Assembly: GCA_035628335.1 (NCBI GenBank)
Contig: DASPKA010000048.1
Span: 1-37,442, forward strand
Length of the DNA: 37,442 nucleotides
DNA from: Patescibacteria group bacterium
GTDB lineage: Bacteria; Patescibacteriota; Doudnabacteria; UBA920
Reading direction: 5' to 3'
Each line of letters starts with the position of its first letter. Position 1 is the stretch's first letter. The notes under the pieces were generated by a model. That model was not told where the DNA came from and ran no database searches. It saw only the letters and a program-made list of their open reading frames with translations. This document shows positions 1-5,580 of this stretch, in pieces. Position numbers and translations under genes: made by a program.

Positions 1-264
1 GGATTTGATTTCTCAATCAAATTAATCTTCCATTCTCTATTCCATTTCTTTACCCTCTTCTCTCTTTGAATAGCAGCTTCAATAGATTCCGTTGTTTCAA
101 AATAAACTAAGTTATGGATATTGTACTTCTCTGTGAACCCCTCCACCAAGTTATTTTTATGTTCCCATACCCTTCTAATCAAATCATTGGTAACACCTAT
201 ATATAATTGTCCCATTCCTTTGACTTGCTAAAATATAAACATGATACTGTTTCTGAATATTCAT
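1..264 (-). pseudogene. GIY-YIG nuclease family gene (UPF0213/YhbQ-like); C-terminus cut by window edge; apparent frameshift
   Basis: Not in the ORF track. Hand translation of the minus strand from ATG 262-264 gives MNIQKQYHVYILASQRNGTI, then a stop at 184-186. The neighbouring frame from 215 down to base 1 reads MGQLYIGVTNDLIRRVWEHKNNLVEGFTEKYNIHNLVYFETTESIEAAIQREKRVKKWNREWKINLIEKSNP. The GIY half and the YIG..R..E..N half are therefore in different frames, joined at the tatatata run (198-205). One base fewer would restore NGTIYIGVTNDL. Confidence 0.65.
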
Positions 265-279
265 ATACACCAGTTGTCT

Positions 280-358
280 TTCCCGCCCCCGTCTTCACGA
301 GGGTAAACTCCGGCGGGAATCCATGTGCTTAGCCCTGGATTCCCGCCTTCGCGGGAAT
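280..358. repeat. Cluster of three overlapping GC-rich REP-like hairpins built on GGGAAT/ATTCCC units
   Basis: Three stems: ttcccgcc(280-287)/ggcgggaa(312-319); gggaatcc(315-322)/ggattccc(337-344); attcccgc(339-346)-cttc-gcgggaat(351-358). They lie directly upstream of the GIY-YIG gene start. Confidence 0.6.
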
Positions 359-391
359 GACAAAGAGAAGGGTAGGGGCGCCGGACGGTAC

Positions 392-685
392 TTATAATGC
401 GTCAATTTGTAGGTTGCGCAGTTGATTTAAAGAGAGGCCTAAAATGTGCTTAGTTGCGAGTAGCTTCTTAGAGAGAGCAAACTGATCTTGATATTCGTCT
501 TTCAACCTTACGAACACATTCCCTTCAGAAGCGTCTGATTCACGCTTCATATGTAGGATTATCTTTTTCCTGTTGAGCATCTTGCCCACAATTACTGCAT
601 CATCCGAACTCAACGCCTTTATATTTGGCGACTTCTCGTCTGATTCAAAAATCTGACCTATTTCAAACATTTCACTTATTCGCAT
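392..685 (-). CDS. Hypothetical protein (97 aa)
   Basis: ORF-track ORF only. No recognisable motif and a weak SD (gaaggt about 12 nt upstream). It lies between the REP-like hairpins and the grpE fragment. Confidence 0.35.
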   Translation of the reverse strand: MRISEMFEIGQIFESDEKSPNIKALSSDDAVIVGKMLNRKKIILHMKRESDASEGNVFVRLKDEYQDQFALSKKLLATKHILGLSLNQLRNLQIDAL

Positions 686-700
686 AGCAATTTATAACCT

Positions 701-788
701 TCAATTAATAATACTGTCGTTCTTTGTTATGACCACCTGCGAGGGACGTATAACCATATCACCAATAGTGTAGCCGGTTTGGTACTCT
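701..788 (-). pseudogene. Orphan duplicate of the last 28 codons of grpE
   Basis: The minus strand reads (MI)EYQTGYTIGDMVIRPSQVVITKNDSIIN*. The real GrpE C-terminus is EYQTGYTIGDMVIRPSQVAITKNDGPQQ*. Nucleotides 713-788 align with 878-953 (76 nt; I count 11 mismatches by eye, and the 24 nt next to the repeat are identical). Confidence 0.65.
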
Positions 789-796
789 ATCATAGA

Positions 797-865
797 GGCT
801 AGCGTCGCCCCCTCACTTCGGGCAGAGCCCTACGTGAGCCTCCCCCTCTCGCCGCCTTGCGGCTA
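797..865 (+). repeat. GC-rich structured repeat element, copy A
   Basis: Sequence ggctagcgtcgccccctcacttcgggcagagccctacgtgagcctccccctctcgccgccttgcggcta. It aligns along its full length with copy B (2200-2265) and with the reverse complement of copy C (4272-4339). Confidence 0.85.
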
Positions 866-1378
866 TTATTGCTGTGGACCGTCGTTCTTAGTAATTGCTA
901 CCTGCGAAGGGCGAATTACCATATCACCTATAGTGTAGCCGGTTTGGTACTCTTCTACTATTAAATTTTCTTCGTCGCCTGGGACGGTGCGGATGGCTTC
1001 GTGGAGGTTGGGGTCAAATTTTCTCCCTACAGATTCTATCTTTTTAACCCCTAAGCTTCCTAAAGCATCATTGAGCTGCTTAACAAGAGCACGTAACCCT
1101 TCTTGCCATTCCGAGTACCGCTTCTGGAATTCTTGAAATTCGCCCGTTCCTAACTCAGGCAAGTGTGTAAGGGCTTGCGTTAAGGAATCTAGGGCAGGCA
1201 GCAGTTTAACAATTGCTACCTGCTTTGAGAACAGCCCCAATTCCACATCTTCAGCGGTTCGTCTCCGTTTATAATTTTCAAACTCGGCAGCTGAACGCTT
1301 CCATGAGTCAAGGTATTGGTCGCGCTGCTTAATTACATCTTCCAAACTTTCTTCTGTAGTTTGTACTTTGTCGTCCAT
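866..1378 (-). CDS. grpE: Nucleotide exchange factor GrpE
   Basis: 170-aa ORF with the GrpE signature DSWKRSAAEFENYKRRRTAED and the C-terminal beta-domain HEAI...GYTIGDMVIRPSQVAI. It sits immediately downstream of hrcA (2-nt gap). Confidence 0.93.
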   Translation of the reverse strand: MDDKVQTTEESLEDVIKQRDQYLDSWKRSAAEFENYKRRRTAEDVELGLFSKQVAIVKLLPALDSLTQALTHLPELGTGEFQEFQKRYSEWQEGLRALVKQLNDALGSLGVKKIESVGRKFDPNLHEAIRTVPGDEENLIVEEYQTGYTIGDMVIRPSQVAITKNDGPQQ

Positions 1379-1380
1379 AA

Positions 1381-2160
1381 TTACTTAATAATTGTGATTA
1401 AAAATATTGAACCGCCTATTCCTAGTAATTTGGAAATGTATTCCATGAACGGTAAATTCTTCTCGTACTTCATGGACTTGGGACCTATTAGCCCAACCAC
1501 GCCCTTTTTGCCGTCTGGCAATTGAACCCCAGTAACGATTACCGAGTAATCACTCTTTGGAGTTAGTTGCAGTTCTTTACCTATATACGCCTGCGCTGTA
1601 CTATTTTGGTATTTTTGTATAAGGCCTTCAGCATGCTCGTCCAGGTTGTCGAAAAATTTGGAAATTTCTTTCACATCTTCTTGGGGAAGTCCAGCCGCGG
1701 ACATAATATTAGACAAGCCAACCGCAGAAGTTTCGTCGGGAAGGAGGGTAAAAGAGGCGGCGTGTGTAGACTCTGCAAGCAGTTTAGCTAAACGCCTGCC
1801 AATCTCTGCGTTTATTCCCTGGAGCTTTAAGACTTCTGTCCGGAGGCGTTCCTGCTCTTGCATGGAGAGCTTAGTCTTCTCCATAAGCTGGTTTACAAAG
1901 TAGCGGAAACCTTTGTCTGTAGGAACACGGCCTGCTGAAGTGTGAGGCTGAGAAATGTACCCTTGTTGTTCTAGGTCCTGCATCTCATTTCGAATAGTTG
2001 CTGCACTGCACTCAAAATGGTACTTTTCAAGAATTTCTTTAGATCCAACCGGCTCCCCAGTCTCGCAGTTTTCTTTCACAACAGCTGCCAAAATTTTAGC
2101 TTGTCTTTGCGGAATCTGAACAAATAAAGGCTCCTTGTTTCTTGAAGGTTTTATTGCCAT
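1381..2160 (-). CDS. hrcA: Heat-inducible transcription repressor HrcA
   Basis: Contains AATIRNEMQDLEQQGYISQPHTSAGRVPTDKGFRYFVNQL (HrcA N-terminal winged helix). I trimmed the start to ATG 2158-2160 (MAIKPSRNKEP...) because the 20 upstream codons of the track ORF translate repeat copy B. Confidence 0.9.
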   Translation of the reverse strand: MAIKPSRNKEPLFVQIPQRQAKILAAVVKENCETGEPVGSKEILEKYHFECSAATIRNEMQDLEQQGYISQPHTSAGRVPTDKGFRYFVNQLMEKTKLSMQEQERLRTEVLKLQGINAEIGRRLAKLLAESTHAASFTLLPDETSAVGLSNIMSAAGLPQEDVKEISKFFDNLDEHAEGLIQKYQNSTAQAYIGKELQLTPKSDYSVIVTGVQLPDGKKGVVGLIGPKSMKYEKNLPFMEYISKLLGIGGSIFLITIIK

Positions 2161-2199
2161 ACTATAAATGTAAATCATTATTAGCACGACCATATACGG

Positions 2200-2265
2200 G
2201 GCTAGCGTCGCCCCCTCCATCGGCCATAAGCCTTATGGAGCCTCCCTCTCGTGCCCTTGGCACTA
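2200..2265 (+). repeat. GC-rich structured repeat element, copy B
   Basis: Sequence ggctagcgtcgccccctccatcggccataagccttatggagcctccctctcgtgcccttggcacta. Same architecture as copies A and C. It lies between the hrcA start codon and the CIRCE operator. Confidence 0.85.
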
Positions 2266-2305
2266 AGAGCATGCTTATAGTGGTTAACTTAAAGATAAAT
2301 CATTA

Positions 2306-2332
2306 TTAGCACTCTGTCAAGTAGAGTGCTAA
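2306..2332. promoter_or_regulatory. CIRCE operator (HrcA binding site)
   Basis: ttagcactc-tgtcaagta-gagtgctaa is an exact match to the consensus TTAGCACTC-N9-GAGTGCTAA. It lies upstream of hrcA. Confidence 0.92.
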
Positions 2333-2392
2333 TAATGTATGTTATCAAGAAAAAACCCGCCTTTCACTCCATTGGACGGTTTTTTCTATAGG

Positions 2393-3484
2393 TTAGGTCC
2401 AGCTGGGGAGTCTGAGAACAAATTTGGTACCATGAGGCTGCACCGGTGAATGGGTAAGGTTCCCTTTCAAGAGCGCTGCATACTGCGTGGCCAATCTAAG
2501 CCCCATGCCATGTGAGGTCTTGTTAAACATTTCGTTCTTCATATCTGCTTCTTTTTCTAACCCACCCATTCCCGGGCCATCGTCTTCCACTGAAACCTCA
2601 AGAACATTTTTTGTATGGGGGAGCCATACTGCGTTTACTTTCACATTCCCGCCTGGGAAAACAAACTTAAGTGCGTTATGAAGCAAAATATCGAAAATCT
2701 CTGTAGCTAAATTTGGGTCGGTCTGCGCGACGAATTCTGGAGTCTGCGTCTCAAAAGTTATAGTTATGTTTTTTGTTTTCGCCCATTGTTCGTAACTATG
2801 TTTCCGCTGTTCAAAAAGTTTCACAAAATCCATAGACATAACTTCTGGTTGTATAATGCCGCCCTCAAGTTTTGTTGCGTTTAACAAGTCTTTAGCTACT
2901 CTGCATAAATTTAAATTTGCTTCATACGCAGACAATAGGTATGACTTCATACGTTCAGGAATCGCCTGCTTTTCTGAGAGTGCAAGAGCCAATTCCAAAT
3001 ATCCTTGAGACACACCTGCAGGGGTCTTGATCTGATGCGCAGCCATGGAAACCAAGGAGCTTTGCATGTCTTTGACATTGAACATTCGCTCGGCTTTACG
3101 TAACTTCACCACCCCTCCAAGAACTTCGCCTGTTTCTAAATCTTTAACCGGTATGCTCTTTAACACCATAGGCATCATGGTGTCGTGCTTTGTGTGGTAA
3201 AAACAGAAGAACGGCAACATTTGAGTTATACCTGTATCGAACATTCTTTGAACCGGATGACTCGTAGGCGTAATGGCATCCCCCTCTACATTTGCCCAAA
3301 GAGGGATCGCATCAAAAAAATCCTTCCCGACCAACTCTGTATCATACACATCTAAGAGCGCCAATATCTTTTGGTTGGCCGATAAAATCTTCCCATTGGG
3401 GTCTAAAAAGGTCATTCCCTCTTCAAACGCATCTTCCACTAAAGCAGCGTGGAGTGCGTCTGCAGGGAAAAAATGGTAGGGCAT
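2393..3484 (-). CDS. Sensor histidine kinase, cytoplasmic (PAS-like N-terminus, HisKA, HATPase_c)
   Basis: H-box SMAAHQIKTPAG, G1 box VEDDGPGMG and G2 box GMGLRLATQY. No hydrophobic TM segment. A 3-nt gap separates it from the upstream response regulator. Confidence 0.88.
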   Translation of the reverse strand: MPYHFFPADALHAALVEDAFEEGMTFLDPNGKILSANQKILALLDVYDTELVGKDFFDAIPLWANVEGDAITPTSHPVQRMFDTGITQMLPFFCFYHTKHDTMMPMVLKSIPVKDLETGEVLGGVVKLRKAERMFNVKDMQSSLVSMAAHQIKTPAGVSQGYLELALALSEKQAIPERMKSYLLSAYEANLNLCRVAKDLLNATKLEGGIIQPEVMSMDFVKLFEQRKHSYEQWAKTKNITITFETQTPEFVAQTDPNLATEIFDILLHNALKFVFPGGNVKVNAVWLPHTKNVLEVSVEDDGPGMGGLEKEADMKNEMFNKTSHGMGLRLATQYAALLKGNLTHSPVQPHGTKFVLRLPSWT

Positions 3485-3487
3485 ATT

Positions 3488-4162
3488 TTAGAGTTTGTCG
3501 GACTTGATTCGGTATCCAATATTTTGCACTGTTTCTATAAAATCTGCATTTGCCTTTCGTAGTTTCCTGCGCAGGTTGTACATAACCACTTCTATAAGGT
3601 TGCTTTGATGTTCTTTATTGTATCCCCAGACGTGTTCTTGAATCATTGACCGAGTACAAACACGGTCCGCTTTACGAAGAAGGAAATCCAGCAATCTAAA
3701 TTCGTTTTTGGTTAGCTTTATCCTTACGCCGTTTATCAAAACTTCATGGGTCCCATACATAACTTCAACACCACCTATAGTGAATGTATTGCTTAGGACT
3801 TGTTTAGGACGCCTTAAGAGCGCACGGACTCGTGCAACCAGTTCGGTAACCGCAAATGGCTTGGTGACATAGTCGTCAGCTCCATTATCAAGCACATCTA
3901 CCACACTACTTAACTGGTCATTTGCTGTCAAGACTAAAATAGGAACAGAAATTTCAAGCTCACGAACTCGCTTGATTATCTCTTGCCCAGTCACGAAAGG
4001 CAAGTCCAAATCAACTATTAGCAAGTCATAATCCCGCACTTCTACGCGCTCTAATGCCTGCTTACCATCCAAAGCAGTGTCAACTACGTAGTTTTCCTCC
4101 TGCAAAACGGTCTTAATGAGCTCGCTCTGTTCTTTATTGTCCTCAATTATGAGTATTACCAT
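3488..4162 (-). CDS. OmpR-family response regulator (REC + winged-helix)
   Basis: REC domain MVILIIEDNK...YDLLIVDLDLP...LVLTA...KPF. C-terminal part LTKNEFRLLDFLLRK...VWGY...NLIEVVMYNLRRKL...IETVQNIGYRI. Confidence 0.9.
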   Translation of the reverse strand: MVILIIEDNKEQSELIKTVLQEENYVVDTALDGKQALERVEVRDYDLLIVDLDLPFVTGQEIIKRVRELEISVPILVLTANDQLSSVVDVLDNGADDYVTKPFAVTELVARVRALLRRPKQVLSNTFTIGGVEVMYGTHEVLINGVRIKLTKNEFRLLDFLLRKADRVCTRSMIQEHVWGYNKEHQSNLIEVVMYNLRRKLRKANADFIETVQNIGYRIKSDKL

Positions 4163-4271
4163 ATACTGGTGAAAATTAAGTCTAACTTCAGTATACCAGT
4201 ATAAATATGAAGAGAAAATGAATGGGGTATTAAAGATTAACTTTTATTACTAATTTATCTTTATCGATTTA

Positions 4272-4339
4272 TAGCGGCAAGGCCGCGAGAGGGGGAGGCT
4301 CCATAAGGGCTCTGCCCGTTGGAGGGGGCGACGCAAGCC
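4272..4339 (-). repeat. GC-rich structured repeat element, copy C (inverted orientation)
   Basis: The reverse complement reads ggcttgcgtcgccccctccaacgggcagagcccttatggagcctccccctctcgcggccttgccgcta. It lies upstream of the response-regulator gene. Confidence 0.85.
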
Positions 4340-4403
4340 CCTATAGTATAAGAGAAAATGAATGAGGTATTAAAGATTAACTTTTATACTATTAGTAAAA
4401 TAT

Positions 4404-4430
4404 AAAAAACCCGACATCACGTCAGGTTTT
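4404..4430 (-). terminator. Rho-independent terminator-like hairpin (minus strand), upstream of the RR-HK operon
   Basis: aacccgac-atcac-gtcaggtt. On the minus strand the stem is followed by tttttt. No annotated minus-strand gene lies upstream of it. Confidence 0.5.
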
Positions 4431-4697
4431 GCTTATTACGGAGTGCATACCCCCGTAGTTGTCCATGCTGGGCATGGGCTTAGATTCATGCTACATATGA
4501 AGTTGTTTAATTTAACGATACCCTTGGTTTGAACGCCTTGGGTTTTTATACTCGCCCAGAGGGCGCATTGCAAGCGAACGCTTGTGCGACGCTTTGTTCT
4601 TCGATGTTCTCATAATATTACTATATCGAACACACATTATTCTAAAATGAAAAGTACAGCAGTTAAGCTTAGATGAATTGCATATGAAAAAAATCTA

Positions 4698-4726
4698 TTG
4701 ACAATATGAAAAAAACACCGTATAAC
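4698..4726 (+). promoter_or_regulatory. Sigma70-type promoter
   Basis: ttgaca (4698-4703), 17 nt, tataac (4721-4726). It is followed by the SD aaggaggagg (4743-4752) and ATG at 4754. Confidence 0.7.
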
Positions 4727-4753
4727 AAAACTATCTCCCAGTAAGGAGGAGGT

Positions 4754-5524
4754 ATGAAACAAAGCATCAGGGGGATGCTAACAACAGAGATGACGATCTC
4801 GTTATCTCTGCAGAAGCGTTGGAATAAAAAGAACTTAAACCCACTAAGCTACTTGCCAACAGAGCTAAAGGGACGCGGTATAACTCCCGAACAAAATAAA
4901 ATTGTAAATCAAGGATTCGGGGGAAAAGCGTCTGCGTATGCTGGGGGACAAGTAGATCTTCTACCACACTCCCCGTACGGATTGTGGCCGAAGGGTCGGT
5001 CAGTTCTATATTATGGTTATGGAAGGGGTTATGACCGCTCATTCATTCACCGAGTAGCTCATCGTGGTCTCCATACGGAGATCCATGATATTAGTACTGT
5101 TGCATGTCACAATGCTGAGCAGTACATTGAGAGTCACCGTGAGGAGTGGGGCGAATTCACACCTACTGTTACCGTGTCCGACGTGCGTTATTTCTCAGCA
5201 CTGCCACACCATGACTATGCGCTCATATACGCTTGCAGATTGCTAGGGGCACTTGATGATACTGACTTGCGTTTAACGCTTAACGGGTTTGGCAGGCACT
5301 TCCTGGACCAAGACCATCCCGTGCGGTTGGTTGTCATTGAAGCCTTTAGTAATGACAACCCTCATGTGGTCCAAGGTCCGACTATGCGGTTGCGACCGTT
5401 GTCATTGTTTGCTGATTACCTACAGCGGGGATCAGCACGCAAGATACAGGTTCTCCCCTCAAAAGACACCATTAGCTACTACCATAAACGGTATCGGCCA
5501 GTGGTCTTCATCCCCTATTACTGA
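4754..5524 (+). CDS. Hypothetical protein with class I SAM-methyltransferase-like motifs
   Basis: Strong promoter and SD. VLYYGYGRGYD resembles motif I (GxGxG). An acidic strand end, EIHDIS, follows about 20 aa later, then HHDYALIYACRLLGALDD (motif IV-like). The product assignment is tentative. Confidence 0.55.
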   Translation: MKQSIRGMLTTEMTISLSLQKRWNKKNLNPLSYLPTELKGRGITPEQNKIVNQGFGGKASAYAGGQVDLLPHSPYGLWPKGRSVLYYGYGRGYDRSFIHRVAHRGLHTEIHDISTVACHNAEQYIESHREEWGEFTPTVTVSDVRYFSALPHHDYALIYACRLLGALDDTDLRLTLNGFGRHFLDQDHPVRLVVIEAFSNDNPHVVQGPTMRLRPLSLFADYLQRGSARKIQVLPSKDTISYYHKRYRPVVFIPYY

Positions 5525-5580
5525 TGCCCTATTAGCATCGGGAGCCTGTTTCTAGCACAGGCTCCCACCTATTTTTATAT

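Noticed and set aside
2161-2220. N-terminal 20-codon extension of the hrcA track ORF (MEGATLAPYMVVLIMIYIYS).
   Set aside because: It translates repeat copy B and the duplicated half-CIRCE. The conserved HrcA sequence begins at the internal ATG at 2158-2160.
2340-2392. Terminator downstream of the histidine kinase gene (aaaaaaccgtcc...ggcgggtttttt on the minus strand).
   Set aside because: The stem has a 2-nt internal mismatch and is weak. It is plausible but not strong enough to list as a feature.
797-4339. Possibility that the three GC-rich repeats form a CRISPR array.
   Set aside because: The copies are 1.4-2 kb apart, separated by genes, in mixed orientation and about 70 nt long, with divergent stems. 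No cas genes are present.
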